Of a DNA stretch of 64,000 bases, positions 21,524-31,018 are shown piece by piece (within the stretch, counting starts at the first letter, position 1; the number at the start of each line of letters is the position of its first letter). A model generated the notes under the pieces. The model did no database searches and had not been told where the DNA came from. It saw only the letters and a program-made list of their open reading frames with translations. Source of the stretch: a virus; IMG/VR virus record IMGVR_UViG_3300021963_000040, positions 1-64,000 of that record. One strand, given 5' to 3'. The position numbers and the translations under genes were made by a program.

Positions 21524-22146
21524 GTACTATTCAATTTAGTAACTTGCGAGCAAGAAGCGATTTAGTATATGGCGGCGGCGGGGCCCGAAGCCAAACAACA
21601 TATGGATTAGGTGGTACAGGGTCCGGTGCTGGTTATATTTACTTAAAACCCAATTGCTCTTTAGAAGCTCCTACAGTTGGGCAAATTGCGGCGCCAGGAA
21701 TGGTAGTACAAACAGCATGGGTTAATAGCTCTAGAAATAGACAAAATGTGTTTAGTGATAGTCTTGCTAACATCCCAGAATTGTCTATTGCTTTTGCGGC
21801 AAAATATTCAAACAGCTGGTTATTGTTAAGAGCTAACATTCAAGCAACCGGACGTCATGTAAGTACATTTGGTTTCAAAGCCAACGGTGCTAACATATAT
21901 AACTTAACCAATACAAACAGTGACGGATCGGTAACAACTACTTATTTTGGCGACGATAGTGATAGTTATCTGCGTACATTTTTTATCATGGGTAGATATT
22001 ATCCTGGTACAACTGGTACCATTACATATACATGTGCGGCTTCTGCGTCTTGGTCGGGCGGCACAAGAAACTGTTACATTAACGATAGAGATTCGAATGA
22101 TATGAGAGGTTCTAGTACTTTTACTATAATGGAGATTGCGGTATGA
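21520..22146 (+). CDS. Fibre-tip-like paralogue 5 of 6 (subgroup B)
   Basis: PGMVVQ...HVSTFGF...ASW...INDRDSNDMRGSSTFTIMEIAV. Confidence 0.7.
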   Translation: MSTIQFSNLRARSDLVYGGGGARSQTTYGLGGTGSGAGYIYLKPNCSLEAPTVGQIAAPGMVVQTAWVNSSRNRQNVFSDSLANIPELSIAFAAKYSNSWLLLRANIQATGRHVSTFGFKANGANIYNLTNTNSDGSVTTTYFGDDSDSYLRTFFIMGRYYPGTTGTITYTCAASASWSGGTRNCYINDRDSNDMRGSSTFTIMEIAV

Positions 22147-22799
22147 GTACACTTCAACCCGTTGGTCTAGACGGTGCAACAGGCGCTAACATTAAGATTA
22201 CATCTGGTACTACCCTTAAAGGTGAAGTACCTGGTGCATTCTCGGCTGAAGGATTAGTAATTCAAGTTGCTTACGCAGAAACACCAGTAGGTAACTATTA
22301 TGATTTAAACTATACTCTTGAACTAAGTGCCATTCCTGATATGTTCATTGATTTTAAACCAGTTTATGCTACTTCTAAAATTCTTTTAACGTCAATGATT
22401 AGTATTAATCAACCACATGTTACAAGTTTTGGATTTTTAAGAGACGGGCTCAATATTACAGCAAGACAATTTTCACTGGGTCCAACCCCGGCGGCGGTCA
22501 CTGCATCAGACTATACAGGTGCTGTAACTTATGCCCCAGGATCAATGTCTACACTACAACAAAATAGTAACGTGGTTGGTGGGTTACATACCGTTTATAT
22601 GAACTGGGATGCGGCTGATAAAATGTGTAATTTTTTCTTGCAACAACAAGATTTTGATAATCGATCAAATGCTACTAGAAGATATCAAGTAGGCGTTAAC
22701 GCATCTTGGGGCGATAGTGTTAGAAGTTTGCGTATTAATGATAGAAGCAGTGGCGATATGAGAGCAATCTCTAATTTATGTGTTATGGAGATTGTATAA
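22143..22799 (+). CDS. Fibre-tip-like paralogue 6 of 6 (subgroup B)
   Basis: GLVIQ...SKILL...HVTSFGF...ASW...INDRSSGDMRAISNLCVMEIV. Confidence 0.7.
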   Translation: MSTLQPVGLDGATGANIKITSGTTLKGEVPGAFSAEGLVIQVAYAETPVGNYYDLNYTLELSAIPDMFIDFKPVYATSKILLTSMISINQPHVTSFGFLRDGLNITARQFSLGPTPAAVTASDYTGAVTYAPGSMSTLQQNSNVVGGLHTVYMNWDAADKMCNFFLQQQDFDNRSNATRRYQVGVNASWGDSVRSLRINDRSSGDMRAISNLCVMEIV

Positions 22800-23893
22800 T
22801 GCCTATTCCTGTAAGTCAAGCAACAACTAGTTTTGTAAGGGTTGATCAAGTACAAGGTACTACCGGTGATGTTGGTATACAGACATTATCGCCTTATTGG
22901 GGGACTGCTACATTTTTAGGTCCGGGAAATTTTAACTTTAAAAAAACCGGTAGAGTAGTTATGCCAACTGATTGTAAAAAAGTTGTTTTTAACACTTTTG
23001 CAAGCGGCGGAAGTCAAAATTGGACCGTGCCACCTGGGGTGTCTTATGTATACATTAAAGTGTGGGGCTCTGGTGGCGGTGGTGGCCAGCAAGGTGGTTG
23101 GACACATGGTGCAGAAGGCGGAGCAGGCGGCCATAGTAGGGGATTATTAAGAGTATCGCCTGACGATGTATTATCTATTTCTGTTGCTCCTGGCGGCATT
23201 TCATTACCGCCTTACGGAAAGCCAGTAGCTCAAGGTGGCGGCGGTATGATTTTAGACAACCAACCAAATGTACCATCACAACAAGTTACAGGTGCATACG
23301 GTCCACAGGATCATAGATATTGTGGAGGTGGAGGTGGATATTCTGCTGTTTTTAGTGGAGGCCTACCTATGATAATAGCCGGTGGCGGCGGCGGCGGCGG
23401 AAGCCATAGCGGAACATGGAATCATTGGCCTAGGGGAGGTGCTGGCGGAGGAATTCGAGGACAAAACGGCTGGTCTAGCGCAGTTAACTGGGATTATCAA
23501 GCACGTGATCAAGCAGGCGGTGGAGGAAGCCAGTCTGGTGGTGGACACGGTTCATCTGCTCATAATAGTCATCAAGGAACCGCAGGTTTGTTCTTACAAG
23601 GTGGTCATGCTTTTGGCAGATATATGTATGGCGGAACAGGTGGCGGTGGCTTCTATGGCGGTGGTGCAGGTAGTCACACTCAGGGTGGCGCAGTAATGTG
23701 CGGCGGTGGTGGCGGATCTGGATTTTTACACCCTAGAATTTTAATGGGCGAAACCTTTACAGGTCACAGACAGTTTCCACCTTTAACAGAAGATCCTGAT
23801 TATCAAGCGAACGGCGGGAAACAAGCTAATATAGCACATGGCGGTGATATTGGTAATTACGGCGGCGAAGGTTTAATTATTATATATTATTAA
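22799..23893 (+). CDS. Glycine-rich domain protein 1 (polyglycine adhesin-like)
   Basis: Start revised to ATG 22799 (TAATG overlap). QNWTVPPGV..YIKVWGSGGGGG, repeated GGGGG motifs, C-terminal GGEGLIIIYY. Confidence 0.7.
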   Translation: MPIPVSQATTSFVRVDQVQGTTGDVGIQTLSPYWGTATFLGPGNFNFKKTGRVVMPTDCKKVVFNTFASGGSQNWTVPPGVSYVYIKVWGSGGGGGQQGGWTHGAEGGAGGHSRGLLRVSPDDVLSISVAPGGISLPPYGKPVAQGGGGMILDNQPNVPSQQVTGAYGPQDHRYCGGGGGYSAVFSGGLPMIIAGGGGGGGSHSGTWNHWPRGGAGGGIRGQNGWSSAVNWDYQARDQAGGGGSQSGGGHGSSAHNSHQGTAGLFLQGGHAFGRYMYGGTGGGGFYGGGAGSHTQGGAVMCGGGGGSGFLHPRILMGETFTGHRQFPPLTEDPDYQANGGKQANIAHGGDIGNYGGEGLIIIYY

Positions 23894-23902
23894 GGAAATA
23901 GA

Positions 23903-24904
23903 ATGCCAGGCATTATTAAAGTTGATCAAATTAGATCGCCTCAAGGAACTAACGGATTTAGATTTAATACCAGTACAAAGCAGGTAGAACAAATTGCTCC
24001 TGGTGATTTTTATTTACAGGTTGAAGGCGAGACATTTACGCCAAATAATAAAGTGTTTATGGCTTTCTTTTATAATGAAGCTCAAACAGGCTCTTATGAT
24101 CAAACTTGGACAGTACCTACTGGAGTAACACACATATATTGTAAATTATGGGGTTCCGGGGGAGGTGGCGGATGTCAAGGTGGATGGAATCACGGAGGCC
24201 GCGGCGGCGGTGGCGGCCATACCAGGGGATTAATACCAGTCTCAGCCGGACAAACGGTAACTATTAGAGTACCAAGAGGAGGAAACAATCAACCGGGCAC
24301 AACAAACGCTCCTTTTGGTGGTGGTTCTAGTACTGCGGGCGGCGATAATCAATACGCCGCCGGCGGTGGTGGATATGCGGCTGTGCTAGTAGCTGGTACT
24401 GTATATTTGGTTGCAGGCGGCGGTGGTGGTGGCGGAAGTACAACATCGGGCGGATTTAATCACGAACAACATGGAGGCGCCGGCGGAGGAATAACTGGTC
24501 AAACAGGATATGATCTTAATACATTGTCCGAAGCTGGTAGAGGAGGAACACAATCAGGTGGTGGCGCAGGAGGTACAGGCGGCAATACTACCGGCCAAGC
24601 AGGAAGCGCATATCAAGGAGGATCCACTAACGGAAACCCATACGGTGGTGGAGGTGGTGGTGGCTATTATGGAGGCGGTGCGGGCAGTTACGGCGGCGCA
24701 GGTAACATGGGCGGAGGTGGCGGTGGTTCTGGGTACGTACACAGTTCAGTCCTTTTAGGCGGTACATTTTCGGGCGCATACGATAGACCGGCCTTTCATT
24801 GGGATAATGACTTACCCAAGTATAGATCTACATACACTGAATTTGCAGTAGGTGGGGATTATTGTAATCCAGGTGGCGACGGATTCGTCTGCATTTATTA
24901 TTGA
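23903..24904 (+). CDS. Glycine-rich domain protein 2
   Basis: QTWTVPTGV..YCKLWGSGGGGG ... GGDGFVCIYY; paralogue of its neighbours. Confidence 0.7.
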   Translation: MPGIIKVDQIRSPQGTNGFRFNTSTKQVEQIAPGDFYLQVEGETFTPNNKVFMAFFYNEAQTGSYDQTWTVPTGVTHIYCKLWGSGGGGGCQGGWNHGGRGGGGGHTRGLIPVSAGQTVTIRVPRGGNNQPGTTNAPFGGGSSTAGGDNQYAAGGGGYAAVLVAGTVYLVAGGGGGGGSTTSGGFNHEQHGGAGGGITGQTGYDLNTLSEAGRGGTQSGGGAGGTGGNTTGQAGSAYQGGSTNGNPYGGGGGGGYYGGGAGSYGGAGNMGGGGGGSGYVHSSVLLGGTFSGAYDRPAFHWDNDLPKYRSTYTEFAVGGDYCNPGGDGFVCIYY

Positions 24905-24927
24905 TAAGTATAGTATAAAGGAATTTT

Positions 24928-26604
24928 ATGCCACGTAATGTTGTTAGATCAGGTTTAGTATCATACATTGATCCGAGAGATTCTGCTAGCTATAACGGAT
25001 CAGGTACAACTGTGACCGATTTAAGTGGTAAAGGCAACGATTGGATAATCCAGGGCAATGTAAGCTGGGATAGTACAAACGGTTTTGGTAACTTTACAGG
25101 TAACAGCACTGGATCTGGTAACAAGTTATATGCAAAAGTATCATCGGCTTATTACAACTTAAAAACCAGTCAAAACGGAACAGGATATACTATTTGTATT
25201 TGGGCAAAAAGTACAGGTGGTACGGGTGCATGGAGAGGTCTAATTAAAAACGCTGACGGCGAGAACTATATTGATTTATATCAAAGTCCTACCGGTCTTT
25301 GGCACCAAGACGGATCAGGTGAATACTTATATTATAACGATGGCAATTATGTTGCCAACGACTCATTAACAATGTCTGACTCTGTTTGGCGTATGTATGT
25401 TGCTACAAATTTAAATAATGGAACTACTACTAACCCATCAACAGGTTTAACAATAGGTAACGAACCAAACGGTTCTGGTACTGGCGCAAACGCTTATCCT
25501 TGGGTAGGACAAGTAGGCGCCGTATTAATTTATAATAGAGTATTATCTAAGCAAGAACTAGTTAACAATTTTGCGGCTTTTAGTTCTGTATATGGTGTAT
25601 CTGGATCAAGCGGTATTCCTGCCGCAGGATTTTTAGTAGCAAATGAAATTAATAGCTCAATATCCGAAGGTGGAGTGTATGCAAGCCCGGGCGTTGATTC
25701 AGTTGTCGGGCTAAAAGTTATAGGTAATAAAGATATGGTTTTGAATTTCCAAGGATTCAAAACTCCTACAAATAAAACCAAAGCAACATGGAGCTATACT
25801 GGCGGTGATCAAAGCTGGACTGTGCCAGCAAATGTATTTTATGTATGGGCAAAAATATGGGGAGCCGGCGGGGGTGGTGGATGTGCTGGCGGTTGGACTC
25901 ACGGGGCACAGGGAGGTGCAGGAGGATTTAGTGACGGCCTCATACCAGTAACTCCGGGTGAAGTACTTACTATACGTGTTCCGAGAGGGGGGTATAGAAC
26001 TCCTGGTGCAACTAATGCTCCATACGGCGGTGGTTCTAGCACTTCGGGCGGCGATAATCAATATGCCGGCGGGGGCGGTGGCTACTGCGGTATTTTTAGA
26101 AGTTCACAGCCTTTATTAATTGCAGGCGGAGGCGCAGGCGGAGGATCCACTACAAATTGGAACCAATGGTGCCATGGTGGTGCAGGCGGTGGAGTAGAAG
26201 GAGAACACGGTTATTGTGAAATTTATACTTACGCAGGTACAGGGGGCGGCCCTGGCGCAGGTGGTACCGGAGGCAATGGTAACAATACAGGCGGTGGTGG
26301 TGGATCATCATTGCAAGGCGGATCAGTACAAGGTAACGTTTATGGTGGCGGAGGCGGTGGTGGCTATTTTGGTGGTGGCTCCGGTAGCTACGGCAATGGC
26401 TATATAATGGGTGGCGGCGGTGGTGGATCTGGATATGTACATACTACTGTACTACTAGGCGGCACATATACTGGTAGTAGAACTACACCACCATTTGCTG
26501 AAGACCCAGATTTACCTAAAACCGGATCAACTTATCAAACACATGCTTTTGGTGGCCAAACATGCGGCCATGGCGGTGATGGGTATTGTGTAATATATTA
26601 TTAA
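24928..26604 (+). CDS. LamG/concanavalin-like domain fused to glycine-rich domain 3
   Basis: N-terminal GLVSYID...SYNGSGTTVTDLSGKGN...GQVGAVLIYNRVLSKQEL (LamG-like); C-terminal Gly-rich domain ending GGDGYCVIYY. Confidence 0.75.
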   Translation: MPRNVVRSGLVSYIDPRDSASYNGSGTTVTDLSGKGNDWIIQGNVSWDSTNGFGNFTGNSTGSGNKLYAKVSSAYYNLKTSQNGTGYTICIWAKSTGGTGAWRGLIKNADGENYIDLYQSPTGLWHQDGSGEYLYYNDGNYVANDSLTMSDSVWRMYVATNLNNGTTTNPSTGLTIGNEPNGSGTGANAYPWVGQVGAVLIYNRVLSKQELVNNFAAFSSVYGVSGSSGIPAAGFLVANEINSSISEGGVYASPGVDSVVGLKVIGNKDMVLNFQGFKTPTNKTKATWSYTGGDQSWTVPANVFYVWAKIWGAGGGGGCAGGWTHGAQGGAGGFSDGLIPVTPGEVLTIRVPRGGYRTPGATNAPYGGGSSTSGGDNQYAGGGGGYCGIFRSSQPLLIAGGGAGGGSTTNWNQWCHGGAGGGVEGEHGYCEIYTYAGTGGGPGAGGTGGNGNNTGGGGGSSLQGGSVQGNVYGGGGGGGYFGGGSGSYGNGYIMGGGGGGSGYVHTTVLLGGTYTGSRTTPPFAEDPDLPKTGSTYQTHAFGGQTCGHGGDGYCVIYY

Positions 26605-26616
26605 GGAAATAAAATC

Positions 26617-26997
26617 ATGATGGATTATGTTAAAGAAGCCTTAAACATCTTAGCCCCTAATAAGTCATGGGTTAATAGAGGCGATTATATAGAATGGGCA
26701 GATGCAGAATGGGGTGCTAATGAATACAAACCTACTTGGGCAGAGATTAACCCTGTAATAGCACAACTACGTGCGGCAGAGCCTATGAGATTACTGCGTG
26801 AAGAACGTGACCGAAGACTTGCTTTATCTGATTGGATTGTAGTAAAGTCTTTAGAAAATGGTGTAGCAGTACCACAAGCATGGAAAAATTATAGACAAGC
26901 ACTACGAGACTTGCCTACAACTAGCTCTCCGCAATGCTGGCCTACAGATATATTGATAATGGAATCAATTAATTGGCCAACACCCCCTAACGCTTAA
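26617..26997 (+). CDS. Tail fibre assembly chaperone-like protein
   Basis: LREERDRRLALSDW...WKNYRQALRDLP...WPTPP motif. Confidence 0.8.
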   Translation: MMDYVKEALNILAPNKSWVNRGDYIEWADAEWGANEYKPTWAEINPVIAQLRAAEPMRLLREERDRRLALSDWIVVKSLENGVAVPQAWKNYRQALRDLPTTSSPQCWPTDILIMESINWPTPPNA

Positions 26998-27027
26998 ATA
27001 CAATATTAAAAATACAAAGGAATTATT

Positions 27028-27363
27028 ATGCCACTAGATCCAAATATGAGAGTAGAAAAAAGATTCGGCATAGGTGATGCACTAATAGTGTTAGCACCAA
27101 CCGCTCGTTGGTCAATGACCAACGATGAGTACGAATCAATTGATTGGATGGAAGATTCTGTTCCAAAACCAAGTAAATCAGCTTGCCTTGAAAAAGTAGC
27201 AGAATTGCAAGCAGAATATGATGCAATGCGCTATGCTAGGGATCGTTTATATGCTTATCCTAGTGTAGAAGAACAACTGGATACATTGTTCCATGGCGGA
27301 TATGATGCGTGGAAAACAATGATCCAATCAGTAAAAGATCAATACCCTAAACCAGGTAATTAA
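27028..27363 (+). CDS. Second fibre-assembly-like protein
   Basis: YARDRLYAYPSVEEQLDTLFH...WKTMIQSVKDQYPKP, a pattern typical of small fibre-locus proteins; AAGGA SD. Confidence 0.6.
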   Translation: MPLDPNMRVEKRFGIGDALIVLAPTARWSMTNDEYESIDWMEDSVPKPSKSACLEKVAELQAEYDAMRYARDRLYAYPSVEEQLDTLFHGGYDAWKTMIQSVKDQYPKPGN

Positions 27364-27746
27364 GCAACTAACCTACTGGCGTGGATTTTCCCACGCCATT
27401 TTCTTATCTTAGTTATCCATTGTTGACCTACTATAGAGTATTCTTCTAACTCTATCATTTTTTTGCAAAGTTCTAGGTCTAAGTCACAAGCACGTATTAA
27501 TCTCCCTCTAAAATCGTCATCGAATACAACCATTTTAGAAATGTTGTTTAATTTTTCAACGTTAAAGGCATGAGAGATTTCATAGTACCATCTTTGTACA
27601 TATGGTATATGGTCTTGGTATAATGTATTAAGGTAAGGGTTTTTAAACTGACTATCCCAACAATGGATAAGCTCAAAACTTTTGTGTACAAGGGGCTTAT
27701 TAATTGCTTGCGGCTGTACAGGGAAAGGCAATATCTTTGCTGTCAT
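27360..27746 (-). CDS. Hypothetical protein
   Basis: Last ORF of the minus-strand block; likely start MTAKILPFP at 27746. Confidence 0.55.
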   Translation of the reverse strand: MTAKILPFPVQPQAINKPLVHKSFELIHCWDSQFKNPYLNTLYQDHIPYVQRWYYEISHAFNVEKLNNISKMVVFDDDFRGRLIRACDLDLELCKKMIELEEYSIVGQQWITKIRKWRGKIHASRLVA

Positions 27747-28182
27747 AGTCTTCGCTATGTATATGGGCAATAATAGCATCTAGCTTATGTCTAAAAGTCT
27801 TGCTAAAAAGTAAATTCTTAGCACCATTGTGTAACGGCTTTGGCCAGCATCCGGTGTTAACCCAGCAGTAGCCTGCAGACTCTTTGTTTAATACAGGAAT
27901 AAACTCTTCCTCTACTAAACAACAAAATGTATCATATATAAAATAATTGTCTTTACTTTTATATTGATGTAATGGATAAACTTTAATCATGTCGGGCATG
28001 ACCTTAAGTTCTTCTTGTAATTCTCTTTGTAATGCTTGAAACGGTCTTTCACCTTCTTCTACTTTTCCTCCCCACAAACTCCATGTGAGAGGAAAGTTAC
28101 AAATATGAGATCGTAGTTGCATTAATATTCTGTTAGTAGAAGTACAGTATATTATTGCACCGCAAGCGTGTATTTGTTTCAT
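27700..28182 (-). CDS. Nudix hydrolase
   Basis: Nudix box GGKVEEGERPFQALQRELQEEL; likely start MKQIH overlaps the upstream stop. Confidence 0.88.
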   Translation of the reverse strand: MKQIHACGAIIYCTSTNRILMQLRSHICNFPLTWSLWGGKVEEGERPFQALQRELQEELKVMPDMIKVYPLHQYKSKDNYFIYDTFCCLVEEEFIPVLNKESAGYCWVNTGCWPKPLHNGAKNLLFSKTFRHKLDAIIAHIHSEDYDSKDIAFPCTAASN

Positions 28183-29633
28183 AGATATACCTGCCAATTT
28201 CCTACACCATACAGGCCTTGATAAACATCTACCCACTTACCGTGTATCCATTGATTATCGGTTGCGGCAGGAGGAATCCATTCATATTTTTTCATGGTAT
28301 AACTGTTAGTTAAAATACAAGCGGTTAGTTCTTGATGGCTACGACTAACAAACCATTCGCTTCCATTGAACTCGATAATATCATTAGCGTATGCTTCTAA
28401 GTTGGTCCAGTAATTAGTAAATGGTAAGTCTTTAATAATTAAGTAACGTTGGCCAGGAAGTGCTTCTGGCAATGGGCCATGACCCGGCCAATCTTTAGTT
28501 GGATCAATAATACCATTCACAGGAGCAACAGTATCGCTTGGCAATGTGTCTGGATTTAATGTAAAGATCAATGTATTGTCATCTTCTGGATTAAAGTCAA
28601 TCAAGCCAATAATCTCTCCGTCACAATTATGCCCCGGTAGCATACCAGACTTGCGTAATCTAATATGACTAGTTCCTGGACGCATTTCGCCGTACGGCTT
28701 TAATTCATCGTGCCACATTAGTTTAGGACGGTCTGCAGGCAAATCTGCCGCACAATCACAATCACCATAAGCAGTACCTCCTGCTTCGGTTAATAAGTAT
28801 ACACGATCGTCTTCTACAAATATTTTATGTCCGCGGAAACTAACGCTAGTAAAAAATCCTGACATACCTTGTCCTGCACCGTTGCCGTCTTGGTTACCAG
28901 TACCACCAGTACCACCAGTACCACCAGTAGAACCTTGGAAATTAGATGTATTACTTGCATTACCGAACACTACGTTTCGAACAATGTTTATACGCTTAAC
29001 TTTAGCAGGAGGGTTAATGTAAATTGGAACATGGAACTGTAGTGAGGCAATATCAATATTATCTTCTGTACCTATAGGAATAGATCTACTTGACCAAGTT
29101 AAACCTTTCATCTCTACGTAAGTAAGTGCAGACCAATCAAAAGCATTTGAACTAGAACGAATATTTACACTAGGGTTGAATAGTACTAGTAATTGTTCTA
29201 ACAACTGTAATTTTTGTTCAGTATTGCTAGTCCATACATCTACATTTATTGTTAAATCGTAAGGAACAGGCATGTAGCGTTCAATAGTATATGTATCACC
29301 AACTTGGCCGCTGACATATTTTCCTGTACTTGGATTATATTTTTTCTCGTATACTTGTACCTTCTCTTGATGAGTAGGGTTCATTCTACGATTATCCGCT
29401 AATGCCATATCACTGATATATACAGCCATTGCCGGAACACTTTGCATAAAGTTTTCGCTATTTTGGCGCAATACAGCACTAGCCATTCTGCTAGAATCAC
29501 CGTAGCGTACAGGTACACGTTGGAATGTTTCAATGCCGTGTTCGTCTACACCAATGCGAACAGACAATCCGCTAAACAATCTTATAAATTGTTCGAGATA
29601 TCTTCTGACTTGTGAATCATAAAAATGTTCCAT
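28179..29633 (-). CDS. gp15: Tail completion/sheath stabiliser (T4 gp15-like) with a C-terminal extension
   Basis: N-terminal HFYD..RRY..F..LF, RVPVRYG, PVPYDL, QLLEQLLVLFNP; adjacent to the gp14-like gene. Confidence 0.7.
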   Translation of the reverse strand: MEHFYDSQVRRYLEQFIRLFSGLSVRIGVDEHGIETFQRVPVRYGDSSRMASAVLRQNSENFMQSVPAMAVYISDMALADNRRMNPTHQEKVQVYEKKYNPSTGKYVSGQVGDTYTIERYMPVPYDLTINVDVWTSNTEQKLQLLEQLLVLFNPSVNIRSSSNAFDWSALTYVEMKGLTWSSRSIPIGTEDNIDIASLQFHVPIYINPPAKVKRINIVRNVVFGNASNTSNFQGSTGGTGGTGGTGNQDGNGAGQGMSGFFTSVSFRGHKIFVEDDRVYLLTEAGGTAYGDCDCAADLPADRPKLMWHDELKPYGEMRPGTSHIRLRKSGMLPGHNCDGEIIGLIDFNPEDDNTLIFTLNPDTLPSDTVAPVNGIIDPTKDWPGHGPLPEALPGQRYLIIKDLPFTNYWTNLEAYANDIIEFNGSEWFVSRSHQELTACILTNSYTMKKYEWIPPAATDNQWIHGKWVDVYQGLYGVGNWQVYL

Positions 29634-30637
29634 TAATTATCTGCCTTAGGTGTAATTACTTTACTTATTGCCTGACGTTCTGCAAATTCATTGCCACCTA
29701 CTACAGTAGTGCGAGGATTATGAATAAACGGACCTGCGTTAAGAGTGCGCGATTCCCATGTACTTATGTCTACATTGTCATAGCGTCTAAACCAGCGTTG
29801 ATCTCTAAACTCAAATAATCTATTAGGCTCGTAGTCTGTGCGTAGGAACATTTGTCCATTAACGGGATTGTTTGGAAATGTATCACCTGTTGGCACTTCA
29901 CAGCCGTAATCCCATGTAGGAGGAGGTTCCTTGCCATTAACCAGCATACTAGTATCTGCTTCAAGAGTAGGACTACTTTTAATTGCGGCCTCAATAATTT
30001 CATCAGTAATTTCTAATGCTTCTAATAAACCAGTTTGATTAACCGCAATGCTATCCGGATCGTTAAGATCTCCTAGAATGTCTTTGAATTCTTGACTGTC
30101 ATTTAATGGAGTACACTTAATACGCCAAATATGAGGATACCACGTTTGGCTGTAACCCTCACTGCCTCTTTGTGCATCTTGTACTACATAAAACTTTTTT
30201 AAGGGTTTCTTATTACCATCAGGATCTAATGCAGTATCGTCAAGTTGATGGGGGAGTTCTACTACATCACCGCTCATAATTCTACGACCCATACGAGCAA
30301 TCATATCGTTTAAATGGAGGGTAATAAAGACAGTATCGCTAGCTAAAAATAAACCAAATTGACTTAAATCAAAGTCGCTATCGCTAACGTTGTAAACACC
30401 ACTTAGTTGATAAATGTCAGGATCATACTTACGGTCGCGATTTTCTAAAAACAACACATCTTGAATTGTTGTTTCATCTGTAGGTATGGGATTACCGTCC
30501 TTGTCTGACTTTTTAGGGCCAACATATTTGTGTACTAAAACATCAGTACCACCTATATCAAACTGCTCACGTACTGCACGATCGATATAGTTATAATCTG
30601 CACCCTTTTCTGGTTTATATAAACGCAAACGTGGCAT
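29633..30637 (-). CDS. gp14: Neck/head-closure protein (T4 gp14-like)
   Basis: DLSQFGLFL..DTVFITLH and GDVVELP pattern; next to the gp15-like gene with a TAAATA upstream. Confidence 0.6.
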   Translation of the reverse strand: MPRLRLYKPEKGADYNYIDRAVREQFDIGGTDVLVHKYVGPKKSDKDGNPIPTDETTIQDVLFLENRDRKYDPDIYQLSGVYNVSDSDFDLSQFGLFLASDTVFITLHLNDMIARMGRRIMSGDVVELPHQLDDTALDPDGNKKPLKKFYVVQDAQRGSEGYSQTWYPHIWRIKCTPLNDSQEFKDILGDLNDPDSIAVNQTGLLEALEITDEIIEAAIKSSPTLEADTSMLVNGKEPPPTWDYGCEVPTGDTFPNNPVNGQMFLRTDYEPNRLFEFRDQRWFRRYDNVDISTWESRTLNAGPFIHNPRTTVVGGNEFAERQAISKVITPKADN

Positions 30638-30667
30638 AACTATTCCTTATTACAATATTTACCTGAT

Positions 30668-30696
30668 TTGACAGTTAATAAGTTTGGTGTTATAAT
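30668..30696 (+). promoter_or_regulatory. Sigma70-type early promoter
   Basis: TTGACA-17-TATAAT, perfect consensus; ATG 30703 follows after a 6-nt gap. Confidence 0.85.
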
Positions 30697-30702
30697 AGCA
30701 AA

Positions 30703-30966
30703 ATGCAACTAAATTCTAGCTTAGATTGGACTGATATTTCCTATAACTTGCGTAAAATTGGCATTCGCTCAGTAATGCAAACCGGGCAACTTACTAAGTA
30801 TCTGTCTAACATTAGTACCCAAGTAGCTAAGTTGGGTAATATGGAAGTAGAGCTTAGACGCACAAAACGCCCGCCAGGGCAACAATATAAAGATCTTGTA
30901 GCCCAAATAAACGAAAGTATTACAGAATTGGAAATGTTGCTAATGATGTCAGCACTATCCAAATAG
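30703..30966 (+). CDS. Hypothetical helical protein
   Basis: 87-aa ORF directly behind a consensus promoter. Confidence 0.65.
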   Translation: MQLNSSLDWTDISYNLRKIGIRSVMQTGQLTKYLSNISTQVAKLGNMEVELRRTKRPPGQQYKDLVAQINESITELEMLLMMSALSK

Positions 30967-30967
30967 A

Positions 30968-30996
30968 TTGACAAAAATTGAAAACGGATATATAAT
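30968..30996 (+). promoter_or_regulatory. Sigma70-type early promoter
   Basis: TTGACA-17-TATAAT upstream of 31019. Confidence 0.85.
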
Positions 30997-31018
30997 ATGA
31001 CTTTTACTGGAGATTCGT

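Noticed and set aside
19676-22801. Junction repeats as a CRISPR array or invertase (shufflon) sites
   Set aside because: The repeats are degenerate, coding, about 600 bp apart and all in direct orientation. No cas or recombinase gene is in the window.
23903-26604. Possible DGR template/variable repeat pair between Gly-rich paralogues 2 and 3
   Set aside because: In the segment compared (about 24301-24375 versus 26011-26085) differences are mostly at third codon positions and are not adenine-specific. There is also no reverse transcriptase in the window.
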